This document shows positions 1 through 9,068 of a DNA stretch of 36,161 nt, one piece after another. The DNA is from Actinomycetes bacterium (lineage in GTDB: Bacteria > Actinomycetota > Actinomycetes > Nanopelagicales > Nanopelagicaceae). The translations under genes and the position numbers were made by a program. The first letter of the stretch is position 1; each line of letters starts with the position of its first letter. The notes beneath the pieces were generated by a model. It saw only the letters and a list, made by a program, of their open reading frames with translations, ran no database searches and was not told where the DNA came from. The stretch is taken from contig JBAXNY010000001.1 in NCBI GenBank assembly GCA_037133535.1, positions 1-36,161 on the forward strand, given 5' to 3'.

Positions 1-593
1 ACAACACCATGTTCGCCCATGATTGGTTCAACAATCACCATTGCAGTCCGCTTCGAAACTTTCCGACGAAGCGCTGCAATGTTGTTATAGGGAACATGAA
101 CAATTCCCTTGATTAAAGGTTTAAATGGATCACGTTTACTTGGTTGCCCGGTCAAGGAGAGCGCTCCCATAGTCCGGCCATGGAAAGCGCCCTGCATTGC
201 TACTACCCCGGTGCGCCCGGTTTTGCGTGATAATTTCAGCGCCGCTTCATTGGCTTCGGCACCAGAATTACAGAAGAAAACTTTCGCTTTCGAATCGCCA
301 GTGAGAGATTGCAATTTCTGGGCTAGCTGCAACATTTGCGGATGGCTATAAAAATTGGAAACGTGCGACAAAGTTCCGATCTGCTTGCGCACTGCGGCGA
401 CAACTGATGGATGAGCATGGCCCAAAACATTCGTTGCAATTCCACCGAGAAAATCGAGATAGACCTTGCCGTCGACATCTTTAACAACTGCGCCTTTGCC
501 GGAGACCAGCGAGATCGCTGGCGTGCCATAGTTGTTAACGAGTGCTTTATCCCAGGCCGCACTTGCCGCTTCGCTGCGATTCTTTGCCATCAT
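1..593 (-). CDS. argD: acetylornithine aminotransferase, N-terminal ~197 codons (3' end runs off the left edge)
   Basis: Not in the ORF track because no stop lies in the window. My minus-strand translation from ATG 593..591 is open to the edge: MMAKNRSEAASAAWDKALVNNYGTPAISLVSGKGAVVKDVDGKVYLDFLGGIATNVLGHAHP...FFCNSGAEANEAALKLSRKTG...FHGRTMGALSLTGQP...VIVEPIMGEHGVV. These are class-III aminotransferase/ArgD motifs. The start overlaps the argB stop (ATGA), and the gene sits in the position expected for argCJBD. Confidence 0.85.
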   Translation of the reverse strand, partial: MMAKNRSEAASAAWDKALVNNYGTPAISLVSGKGAVVKDVDGKVYLDFLGGIATNVLGHAHPSVVAAVRKQIGTLSHVSNFYSHPQMLQLAQKLQSLTGDSKAKVFFCNSGAEANEAALKLSRKTGRTGVVAMQGAFHGRTMGALSLTGQPSKRDPFKPLIKGIVHVPYNNIAALRRKVSKRTAMVIVEPIMGEHGV

Positions 594-1372
594 GCCCTCA
601 CTAACGTTCCGCCGTGCCCGAGTAGTGCATCGTGAAAAACTTGCGCTGAACGACCATCGATGACGCGCACCTGCTTTGCTCCAGCCGACACAGCGGCCAA
701 ACAGGCAGCAACTTTCGGTGCCATTCCTGCAACAAAACTCGCCTTGATCGAATCGAGTTCGATCGCTGAAATCTCCGTGATGAGCGAATCGGTATCTGGC
801 CAATTGCGATAGATGCCAGGAACATCGGTAAGAAATAGCGCTAAATCTGCTTCTAGTGCACCTGCAACTGCCGCTGTTACTAAATCAGCATTTACATTGA
901 AAGTATCGGCCGAACCATCGGCAGCACCCGAGATTGGTGAGATTACAACCACTTTGCCTTGCGCTAGAAGGTTCTCGATGGCAGCACTATCAACGCCCAC
1001 CACATCTCCAACGTAACCCAAATCAACAGCGCTTCCATCAACTAACTTCTTCTGCTTACTCGCTTGAAGTACTTCGCTGCCAGCAACTCCTACTGCGCTG
1101 ACTCCGGCACTTTCCAGTTGCTGGATTATCTTCGGTTGAATTTCCTTGTTAAGCACCTGGGTTGCAACAGCCAAAATCTCTTCTGTTGTCACCCGAAAGC
1201 CACCTACGAACTCGGACGAAATGTTTGCACTCTTCAAAGCAGCATCAATCTGTGGTCCGCCGCCATGAACAATCACGCACTTTTCACCAGCAGAAATCAA
1301 CTCCTTAATTGAAGTAGCGAAATGGCCCTTCGAATCATCCATCGCATGTCCGCCATATTTCACGACGATCAT
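590..1372 (-). CDS. argB: acetylglutamate kinase (short, 260 aa form)
   Basis: ORF track protein MIVVKYGGHAM...VHGGGPQI...GFRVTTEE...NVNADLVTAAVAGAL carries amino-acid kinase/NAGK motifs. ATGA overlaps with argJ upstream and argD downstream. An in-frame TGA at 1403..1405 lies 10 codons upstream of the ATG, with no start codon between. Confidence 0.92.
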   Translation of the reverse strand: MIVVKYGGHAMDDSKGHFATSIKELISAGEKCVIVHGGGPQIDAALKSANISSEFVGGFRVTTEEILAVATQVLNKEIQPKIIQQLESAGVSAVGVAGSEVLQASKQKKLVDGSAVDLGYVGDVVGVDSAAIENLLAQGKVVVISPISGAADGSADTFNVNADLVTAAVAGALEADLALFLTDVPGIYRNWPDTDSLITEISAIELDSIKASFVAGMAPKVAACLAAVSAGAKQVRVIDGRSAQVFHDALLGHGGTLVRA

Positions 1373-2514
1373 GTTGCGTATGCCGAATTCTCGTGCACAT
1401 AATCATGAGTCAGATCATTGGTGAGAATTGTCGCCTCATGTAATCCGGCGTGAAGATCAATAATTATCGAAACTTCCTTTGCAGAGAAATCAACTAAGGT
1501 CCGATCTTCACCCGGAGCACTGGCTATCGCAACCTTGATTCCATTGAGAGTGACATCAACATTGCTGGGATCGTACTGCGCTTCAGCGCTACCAGCTGCA
1601 GCAAGAATTCTTCCCCAATTGGGATCGCCACCGAAGATTGCGCACTTTAAAAGGTTGTTACGGGCACAGGCTCTACCAATCGCAACTGCATCACTCTCAC
1701 TTGCTGCGTTAATAGTTTGAATCGAAACCAACTTGCTATGACCTTCTGCATCTGCAATGAGCTGGCTCGCAAGGGATTGACAGACCTCTGTAAGTACGGC
1801 AGCAAATTCGCTCTCGCTCAATCTCACACCAGATTGACCCGAAGCCATAAGCAATACTGTGTCATTTGTCGATGTACAACCATCTGAATCAATCCGATTA
1901 AAGGTCCGATCCACTGCAATCCGCAACATCTCTTGTGCGCTATCTCCATCAATAATCGCATCAGTCATTACAACTGAGAGCATGGTTGCCATGGCAGGTG
2001 CCAACATTCCCGCACCCTTTGCAATGCCGCTGGTCTGAGTTCCCTTCACCTTCACTGTCGCAATCTTTGGAACTGAATCCGTGGTCATAATCGCCCGAGC
2101 CGAAAGTTCTAATCCATTTGCAGTAAGGCCAGAAACGCTCTGGGAAATGCCATCACCAATCTTTCCCATCGGCAAGAACTCGCCGATTAAACCCGTGGAA
2201 CAGACCGCAACTTCCGAACTCGAAAGCGATAAAGCATCGGCGACTAACTCTGCACTCTTATGGGTATCGGCAAAACCTTGTGGCCCTGTGCAGGCATTGG
2301 CACCACCAGAATTAAGAACCACTGCACGAACTACGCCACCCTTAATTACTTGACGGGTCCATGTAACAGGGGCTGCCACGATTTTATTTGTAGTGAATAC
2401 AGCAGCTGCTGTAGCTGTTGGCCCCTCATTCACGATCACTGTGAGATCAAGTGCGCCGCTACTTTTTAGCCCAGCGGCAACTGCGCCCGAGCGAAAACCG
2501 AGTGGAAGTTTCAT
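1369..2514 (-). CDS. argJ: bifunctional ornithine acetyltransferase / N-acetylglutamate synthase
   Basis: 381 aa. The ArgJ autoprocessing motif is present (GMLAPAMATMLSVVMTDA), and the C-terminal end ...NSAYAT is typical of the family. Located between argC and argB. Confidence 0.93.
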   Translation of the reverse strand: MKLPLGFRSGAVAAGLKSSGALDLTVIVNEGPTATAAAVFTTNKIVAAPVTWTRQVIKGGVVRAVVLNSGGANACTGPQGFADTHKSAELVADALSLSSSEVAVCSTGLIGEFLPMGKIGDGISQSVSGLTANGLELSARAIMTTDSVPKIATVKVKGTQTSGIAKGAGMLAPAMATMLSVVMTDAIIDGDSAQEMLRIAVDRTFNRIDSDGCTSTNDTVLLMASGQSGVRLSESEFAAVLTEVCQSLASQLIADAEGHSKLVSIQTINAASESDAVAIGRACARNNLLKCAIFGGDPNWGRILAAAGSAEAQYDPSNVDVTLNGIKVAIASAPGEDRTLVDFSAKEVSIIIDLHAGLHEATILTNDLTHDYVHENSAYAT

Positions 2515-3530
2515 ACGCCAATACCTGTTCCAAGTAGGCCAGTATTTTCGGCCAGACCGCAGATTAAATTGGCATTTTGAATTGCAGCAGTTGCGGCACC
2601 TTTCGCCAAGTTATCTACCGCGACTGAAACAACGGCCCGGTTGGAGTGCTCATCAACTGCAACTTGTAGCTGCACGAAATTGCTTCCTAATACTGCAGAA
2701 GTTTTCGGCATCTGCCCCATTGGTAACACTTGAACAAATTCTTCATTGGCGTAGTGCTGAGTAAAATGGGCATGGAGCTTTTCCGTGTCCATCTCGATCT
2801 GCAATTTGCTAGTAATAGTTGCCAGAATCCCTCTAGGCATTGGCGCCAGAATCGGAGTAAACGAGATACCGAGCGTTTTGCCTGTCGCAGCACTTACCGC
2901 TTCTTCAATCTCAGGTGTGTGTTGGTGCACTCCCCCAAATTTATAGGAGGTGAGTGAATTCATTACTTCACTCCCGATTAAATTGATCTTTGCGTTTCTG
3001 CCCGCACCCGTTGTTCCAGATGCGGCAACTACCACTACATCGGAGAGATCTGCAATGCCAGCCAGCGGCGCAGTGCCCAACGCAATTGCAGTGGCATAAC
3101 AACCGGGATTGGCAATCCGGGTACTTGCTTTGATCTTCACTCTCTGCCCCGGCAATTCAGGCAGTCCATAAACCCAAGTACCTGCGTGCTCTCCGCTGTA
3201 ATACTTCTGCCAACTCTGCGCAGAGTTCAATCTAAAGTCTGCTCCTAAATCAACCACTTTGATCGATTCCGGTAGTTGGTTGATTAACTTCGCCGACTCA
3301 CCGTGAGGCAGTGCAAAGAAGAGAAGATCACATTTACTTAAGGTTGGAATGTCGATCAAATCAAATTTTCGGCCCTGAAAAAATACCAATTGAGGATGGA
3401 CCGAAATGATCTCCTCGCCCGCATTGGAATGTGCAGCGATTACCTCAACTGAGAATTCTGGATGGCCGGAAAGCACCCGCAGCAGTTCCCCGCCTGAGTA
3501 CCCGCTGGCCCCTACGATTCCGATTTTCAT
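2511..3530 (-). CDS. argC: N-acetyl-gamma-glutamyl-phosphate reductase
   Basis: 339 aa. N-terminal Rossmann motif MKIGIVGASGYSGGELLRVL and catalytic-Cys motif ANPGCYATA. ATG at 3530..3528; its stop overlaps the argJ start. Confidence 0.93.
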   Translation of the reverse strand: MKIGIVGASGYSGGELLRVLSGHPEFSVEVIAAHSNAGEEIISVHPQLVFFQGRKFDLIDIPTLSKCDLLFFALPHGESAKLINQLPESIKVVDLGADFRLNSAQSWQKYYSGEHAGTWVYGLPELPGQRVKIKASTRIANPGCYATAIALGTAPLAGIADLSDVVVVAASGTTGAGRNAKINLIGSEVMNSLTSYKFGGVHQHTPEIEEAVSAATGKTLGISFTPILAPMPRGILATITSKLQIEMDTEKLHAHFTQHYANEEFVQVLPMGQMPKTSAVLGSNFVQLQVAVDEHSNRAVVSVAVDNLAKGAATAAIQNANLICGLAENTGLLGTGIGV

Positions 3531-3548
3531 AGACCTAGAGTAACCCGT

Positions 3549-3586
3549 TATGCATAATTATGCAATTAGGCGCATTTTTATGCAGA
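3549..3586 (-). promoter_or_regulatory. tandem ARG boxes (putative ArgR operator) upstream of argC
   Basis: Box 1 core TGCAT-AATT-ATGCA (3551..3564) is a perfect 14-nt palindrome. Box 2 core CGCAT-TTTT-ATGCA (3571..3584) has one mismatch. The centres are 20 bp apart, so the two 18-bp boxes are separated by 2 bp. Box 1 ends 19 nt upstream of the argC ATG. Confidence 0.6.
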
Positions 3587-6052
3587 GCGTACTACGGCTC
3601 CATGGCGCTTGGCTGCGAGAGTGGCCGCTGCTTCGCGTAGTGCGGAAACCTCGGCTGTAGTGAGGGTGCGATCGGCGGCACGAAAGCGAAGCGTGAATGC
3701 GAGAGAGATCTTGCCCTCGCCCAATTGGTCATAGCGATCAAAGAGTTCAATCGATTCCAATAACTCGCCCGCACCTTCGCGCAGCGTGGCCATGACCTCT
3801 CCTGCCGCAGCCGAACCATCAACTACCAGAGCTAAATCCTGTACCGCAACTGGCATCGTTGTAATTGCCTGCGCCCGGATAACTCCAGTCTCGGGCAGAG
3901 CTGAAAGATTCACTACAAATGCGCTGGCGCGCTCTGGCAATCCATGCGCGGCAATAATCCTTGGATGTAACTCACCGGCATGAGCAACCGCTTTGCCATT
4001 GACTTGCAGTTCAGCACAGCGCTCGGGATGCCACGGAGCAAAATCAGATCGAACCACTGTTGCAGTTAGCCCAGTGCTCTCAATAATTTTTAAGGCAAAG
4101 CTAATTGCATCACTCCAGCTGTAATTTCGCTCCTTGCCTTGCCAACCCTCGGCCTCGGCAGCGCCAACCAGAACGCCTCCAACGTGTTGATGTTGTGGTG
4201 GAACTCCTGCATAAAGTTTCTTGATTACCGCTTCGCTTGGACGCGCAGTTGTACTTATTAACGGCGCCGCACTCTCTGGAATCGTCTTACGGAAAATCGA
4301 ACCAATTTCAAAGAGACCAAAGCCTCGAGCCCCACGCCCTAAATTCCGCTCGGCAGCTTGCACTAAACCGGGAATCAAATGGGTGCGAAGTAATGGCGCA
4401 TCATCGGCCATGGGATTTGCAATGCGATAAGTCGCAGCACGCTCTCCGGTGTAATTAAAGACTTTCATGGTTGCTTCACTAACAAATGGATAAGTCTGAA
4501 CTTCATAGAGGCCAAGATCGGCTAGTAGCGCTCCAACTTTGCGTTGGCGTGCTTGGGTCTGTGTCAGACCAGTGCTTACCGGCCGCGGCGGCAAGAGAGA
4601 TGGGATCGAATCAAAGCCAATAGTTCGCGCGATCTCTTCCACTAAATCAATGGCTTCCTCTAGATCAGGTCGCCACGATGGCACCGAAACTTTCAACTTC
4701 TTTCCCGCAGCGGCTACAACACCACAGCCCACTGATTTAAGCTGCTTTGAAACTGTGGCGCTAGTGATCGCATAACCCAAGATCTTTCCAGGAAATTGCG
4801 GATCTAAAAGAATGCTTCGTTTTGCTGGAACTTTTCCGGCAGTAGCTACGCCCACATAATCTGCGCCGCCCAGATCTACCAACAGCGATGTTGCACGCAA
4901 CGAGGCGATCTCTGCCAATTCTGGATCCACTCCCCGCTCGAAGCGACGAGAGGCCTCAGTAGAGAGCTTGTGGTTGCGCGCATTCTTTGCGATTGCAACT
5001 GAGTTAAATCGAATCGCTTCAATCGCTAGCGCAGTGGTCGATTCAGTAACTTCGGAATCTAAACCACCCATAGTTCCGGCTAATGCCAACACCTTCTTAT
5101 CGTCGGAGATAAGCAGATCAGCTGCGGTAACAGTGCGTTCTTGGCCATCGAGGGTGGCAAATTTTGTCGCTTTACGTGCCCGCGAAACTTTCAAAGTGCC
5201 AGCAATTTTTGCAGCATCAAATGCGTGCAGTGGCTGTCCTAGCTCCAACATTACATAGTTGGTGACATCAACGGCTAACGAGATGGAGCGCATTCCACAT
5301 TTCTCAATCCGGCGTCGAAGCCAGAGTGGTGAAGCTGCCTTTGGATCAAAATTAGCAAGTGTGCGCAGATACATCACATCGGCATCCTTGCCATCAGAAA
5401 TCTTTGCTTTAACAACTTTCCCAGCACTTGCCTTGGCGCGAAGTTTCGCTGCTTTCGCACTAACTGCTGGATCGATGTATCTGACTGCGAATGCGCCGGC
5501 AATCTCTCGTGCCAATCCGCGAATCGACAGCGCATAACCACGATCAGGATTGACTGCAATATCAAAGATCACATCATTGAGTTCTAATACTTCAAAGGCA
5601 TCATCGCCAATTTTTGCCGCACCCTTAGCCAGGGTCAGGATTCCTTCACTCTCTTCGCTCAAACCGAGTTCTTTAGTTGAACAGATCATGCCATTGCTAG
5701 TTTTGCCATAAGTCTCACGAGCAGAGATTGCAAAACCACCAGGCAACACTGAGCCAGGCAGCGCCACCACAACTAGATCGCCCACCACGAAATTTGTGGC
5801 ACCGCAGATAACAAAGCGTGGCTTCTTCTCTTTGCAATCGAGTTCCACATAGCGAATCGGCTTTTTAAACTCAGTGATCTCTTCAACTGCCTTAACTTTT
5901 CAAATAACGATTGGACCGGTGATCTCTTTGCCAGTGACGGTAAATCCTTCAACTTCAAAACCCACTCGGACAAAGGCATCAGAAATCTTCTCGGGCGTAG
6001 CACTCTTGGGTAGCGCAGCGAATTCTTGCAACCATGAAAGTGGAACGAGCAT
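3578..6052 (-). CDS. pheT: phenylalanine--tRNA ligase beta subunit, interrupted by an in-frame TGA at 5900..5902
   Basis: The ORF track gives only 3578..5848, and its M is an internal GTG. Reading the same frame upstream gives MLVPLSWLQEFAALPKSATPEKISDAFVRVGFEVEGFTVTGKEITGPIVI*KVKAVEEITEFKKPIRYVELDCKEKKPRF... This is the canonical PheT N-terminus, starting at ATG 6052..6050 directly after the pheS stop. Total length is 824 codons, typical for PheT. Confidence 0.85.
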
Positions 6053-7060
6053 TTAGATACCACTTCCAAACTGAGCCGAGAAGCGCAGATCGCCCTCAAC
6101 AATGTCATGCATGTCAGTAATTCCGTGGCGCACCATAAGTGTGCGCTCTAGCCCCATGCCAAATGCAAAGCCAGTGAAGAGTGAAGTATCCACGCCGCAG
6201 GATTGCAAAACTTTAGGATTGACCATTCCGCAGCCGCCCCATTCAATCCAGCGACCATTGAAGAAGACATCGACTTCGGCGCTCGGTTCAGTGAATGGGA
6301 AGAATGAGGGGCGAAGTCGAGTCTTGGCTTCGCCACCAAACATTTTGCGCGCAAAGGAATCGAGAGTTCCTTTGAGATGAGCCATTGTTATTCCGCGATC
6401 GACAACTAAGCCTTCAACTTGATGAAATACCGGAGTGTGAGTGGCATCTAATTCATCGGCACGGAAGGTGCGGCCAGGACAGATCACGTAAATCGGCGGC
6501 TTCTGCGCCAACATCGTGCGCACTTGAACTGGTGAGGTATGAGTACGTAGTACCAAACCTGATTCAAGTGGTTCGATGAAGAAAGTATCTTGCATGGTGC
6601 GAGCGGGGTGATCGGCAGGAATATTGAGTGCATCAAAGTTCAACCACTGGGCTTCTAACTCTGGACCTTCGGCAATTGAATAACCTTGGCCGATAAAGAA
6701 ATCTGAGATCTCATTCTTGATAATTGTGATGGGATGCAAGCCGCCGAGTTTGCTGCGATGTGGCGGCAAAGTGACATCGACTCGCTCTTGAACTAAGAGC
6801 ACTGAATCGCGTTCAATTTCTAAAGCGCTGGTGCGGGCCTCAAGGCTTGCGTTGATTTTGCCGCGCGCATCTCCAATAATTTTGCCAAGTGCTGCGCGCT
6901 CATCGGCTGGCAGCGTTCCTAAGCTGCGACTTGCACCAGAGATTGGCGACTTGTCCCCCGCATGAGCCAAGCGCGCAATCTTTAACTCTTCTAAGTTTTG
7001 GGCTAACCCAAATGCCGAGATTGCCTGGTTCACCCAGTTATCTATCTCTGCATTCTCCAC
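6053..7060 (-). CDS. pheS: phenylalanine--tRNA ligase alpha subunit
   Basis: 335 aa with class II aaRS motifs ([44 protein letters not shown]). GTG start at 7060; the in-frame stop at 7070..7072 limits any extension. Confidence 0.92.
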   Translation of the reverse strand: MENAEIDNWVNQAISAFGLAQNLEELKIARLAHAGDKSPISGASRSLGTLPADERAALGKIIGDARGKINASLEARTSALEIERDSVLLVQERVDVTLPPHRSKLGGLHPITIIKNEISDFFIGQGYSIAEGPELEAQWLNFDALNIPADHPARTMQDTFFIEPLESGLVLRTHTSPVQVRTMLAQKPPIYVICPGRTFRADELDATHTPVFHQVEGLVVDRGITMAHLKGTLDSFARKMFGGEAKTRLRPSFFPFTEPSAEVDVFFNGRWIEWGGCGMVNPKVLQSCGVDTSLFTGFAFGMGLERTLMVRHGITDMHDIVEGDLRFSAQFGSGI

Positions 7061-7101
7061 CTGGGAAGTCTAACGGCAGAGCCCTGCAATTCGGGTGAGG
7101 T

Positions 7102-7884
7102 TTATTGCCCAATCGCATACATCACGATGGCGGCGGCAACTGAAAGGTTCAAACTCTCGGTCTGGCCCTCCATTGGGATTGCCACGGACTGCACTCGATT
7201 GCTCGCTAATTCCTGCGATAAATCTTTGAGTCCTTGCGCCTCATTTCCAAAAATCCAGAGTGCGCTTTTCGCATCGGCTACATCGGAGAGCGCAACATCC
7301 CCATGACCCATCAGCGCATAGCGCGCATAATCTGGAAATGCAGTGATGAGATCGCTCAATGAAACATCTTCAAAAAGTGGCAAGTGCCAATGTGATCCGG
7401 CCGCGGAGCGAATTACTTTAGGTGAGAATAAATCAACGCTATCTGGTGAGGTGATTACTGCTGAAATACCTAAGGCCTGGGCGGTGCGAATAATAGTTCC
7501 GGCATTTCCTGGATCTTGAATTCGATGCAGGTAGATCACACTGCCCTTGCTCTTTATCTCACTCATCTTCCACGAAGGGTAAGTACAGATTGCCAAGATT
7601 CCTTGCGGTGTAACGGTATCTGCCATTGCTTTCATAACGCCATCAGTGACTTCTTCCACTGCGACGCCGGCAAGATTAATTCCATCTTCCACTAACTTTG
7701 CCATTCCACTTTCGGTGGCATAGAGCGTGCGAATTTGCGGCCCGGTTGTGCTTGCTAGAGCCTCGCGTACTGATTGCAAACCTTCAGCCACGAACTCGTG
7801 TTTCGCTCTGCGTTCGCGCGCACCCCGAGATGAAAGAAGAGCCTTCACTCTCCCGATGTGGGGAGAATGAAGGCTCTCGATCAT
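7102..7884 (-). CDS. TrmH/SpoU-family RNA 2'-O-methyltransferase (TsnR-like)
   Basis: 260 aa with SpoU motifs (DPGNAGTIIRTA, FGNEAQGL, IPMEGQTESLNLSVAAAIVMY). It occupies the conserved actinobacterial position between rplT and pheS. Confidence 0.85.
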   Translation of the reverse strand: MIESLHSPHIGRVKALLSSRGARERRAKHEFVAEGLQSVREALASTTGPQIRTLYATESGMAKLVEDGINLAGVAVEEVTDGVMKAMADTVTPQGILAICTYPSWKMSEIKSKGSVIYLHRIQDPGNAGTIIRTAQALGISAVITSPDSVDLFSPKVIRSAAGSHWHLPLFEDVSLSDLITAFPDYARYALMGHGDVALSDVADAKSALWIFGNEAQGLKDLSQELASNRVQSVAIPMEGQTESLNLSVAAAIVMYAIGQ

Positions 7885-7896
7885 ACGATCCTAAAT

Positions 7897-8259
7897 TTAA
7901 GCTGAAACTAAGTTCTTGCGTGCAACTTCTACAAGTACTTTAAAAGTCTCTGGCTCATTTGTTGCCAATTCAGAGAGGACGCGGCGATCAACTTCAACAC
8001 CGGCTGCCTTCAATCCTTGGATAAATCGGTTGTAGGTAAGTCCATTCTCACGGGCTGCCGCATTGATGCGCTGAATCCAGAGCTGACGGAAATCACCTTT
8101 CTTATCTTTGCGATCATTGAAGGCATAGATCATCGAGTGAGTGAGTTGCTCTTTTGCTTTCGCGTAGAGACGTGAACGTTGTCCGCGATAACCGGATGCA
8201 CGCTCGAGTGTGGTGCGACGCTTCTTTGCGGCGTGGACGCCGCGCTTTACTCTAGCCAT
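7897..8259 (-). CDS. rplT: 50S ribosomal protein L20
   Basis: 120 aa beginning [15 protein letters not shown]...; unmistakable L20. Confidence 0.97.
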   Translation of the reverse strand: MARVKRGVHAAKKRRTTLERASGYRGQRSRLYAKAKEQLTHSMIYAFNDRKDKKGDFRQLWIQRINAAARENGLTYNRFIQGLKAAGVEVDRRVLSELATNEPETFKVLVEVARKNLVSA

Positions 8260-8274
8260 CTACCTGCACGCTCC

Positions 8275-8472
8275 TTATTTCAAGCCAAGCATGCGCTTGG
8301 CTGTTACTGCAATAGTTGGTTTCGCGGTTGCGTCTGCGCTAAGGCGACGGGTGACTCGCGAAGATTTGCGCTCGAGAAGGTGGCGCTTGCCAGCTCGCTC
8401 ATGCATGATCTTTCCAGATCCAGTGACTCGGAAGGTTTTCTTCGCGCCACTATGAGTTTTCATCTTTGGCAT
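8275..8472 (-). CDS. rpmI: 50S ribosomal protein L35
   Basis: 65 aa beginning [22 protein letters not shown]...; unmistakable L35. Confidence 0.97.
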   Translation of the reverse strand: MPKMKTHSGAKKTFRVTGSGKIMHERAGKRHLLERKSSRVTRRLSADATAKPTIAVTAKRMLGLK

Positions 8473-8489
8473 TGCTATAAGTCCTCTCG

Positions 8490-9068
8490 TTACTCCGCTG
8501 ATTCAGTTTCAGCTTTTGCTTTCTTAGCAGCACGCGCTTCTGCGACCGCTTCGTTCTTGCGCTTAGTAGGGCCAAGCACCATTGTCATGTTTCGTCCCTC
8601 TTGTTTAGGGGCGAACTCAACAAAGGCAAACTCGGCGACATCCTCAACTAGTCGCTGCAATAACTTGTAACCCATCTCCGGACGAGATTGCTCTCGGCCG
8701 CGGAACTGCATCGTCACCTTTACCTTGTCGCCACCACGAAGAAACTTCTCGATCTGATTCCGCTTGGTCTCATAATCGTGCGCTTCAATGCGGGGCTTTA
8801 ACCGAACTTCCTTCACAATGATGTGAGTCTGGTTCTGTCGCGCTTCGCGTGCCTTCTGTGCGATCTCGTACTTGTACTTTCCGAAATCCATGATCTTGCA
8901 CACTGGTGGAACGGCCTCTGGAGCAATCTCAACTAAGTCGAGACCAATCTCTTCTGCCAATCGCAGCGCAGTATCGATATCCACTACTCCAATTTGCTCG
9001 GCAGCTGCGCCGATCAAACGTACTTCTGGAACGCGAATACGATCGTTAATGCGGGTGTCGGTGGTGAT
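8490..9068 (-). CDS. infC: translation initiation factor IF-3, predicted non-canonical ATC start
   Basis: The IF-3 core ([14 protein letters not shown]...[13 protein letters not shown]...MQFRGREQ) is clear. The N-terminus [12 protein letters not shown] aligns with the start of actinobacterial IF-3 proteins (MSTETR.NERIR type). AGGAG at 9078..9074 lies 5 nt upstream of ATC 9068..9066. The ORF-track ATG at 9158 has no Shine-Dalgarno and would add a hydrophobic 30-aa extension unlike IF-3. Confidence 0.8.
   Translation of the reverse strand: MTTDTRINDRIRVPEVRLIGAAAEQIGVVDIDTALRLAEEIGLDLVEIAPEAVPPVCKIMDFGKYKYEIAQKAREARQNQTHIIVKEVRLKPRIEAHDYETKRNQIEKFLRGGDKVKVTMQFRGREQSRPEMGYKLLQRLVEDVAEFAFVEFAPKQEGRNMTMVLGPTKRKNEAVAEARAAKKAKAETESAE

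Noticed and set aside
5900-5902. Genome-wide UGA-to-Gly (or UGA-to-Trp) reassignment, or selenocysteine, as an explanation for the pheT TGA
   Set aside because: TGA closes argB, argJ, argC, tkt and tal at exactly the expected protein ends, in ATGA overlaps, so UGA is a working stop here. The position is a structural Gly, not a redox Cys/Sec site, and I see no SECIS-like hairpin immediately downstream.
5773-6108. 111-aa ORF spanning the pheS/pheT junction on the minus strand
   Set aside because: It is out of frame with both genes, low-complexity and Arg/Ser/Leu-rich. It is fully explained as a shadow frame of the true pheT N-terminus and the pheS C-terminus.
8179-8670. 163-aa plus-strand ORF antisense to rplT-rpmI-infC. 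Similar long antisense ORFs occur at 10363..10827 (fabG), 14722..15225 (sufS), 21948..22382 (tkt) and 22929..23405 (tkt/tal).
   Set aside because: All lie opposite strongly supported conserved genes. They have Ala/Arg/Ser-rich low-complexity composition and no recognisable motifs or ribosome-binding sites, which is typical of shadow ORFs.
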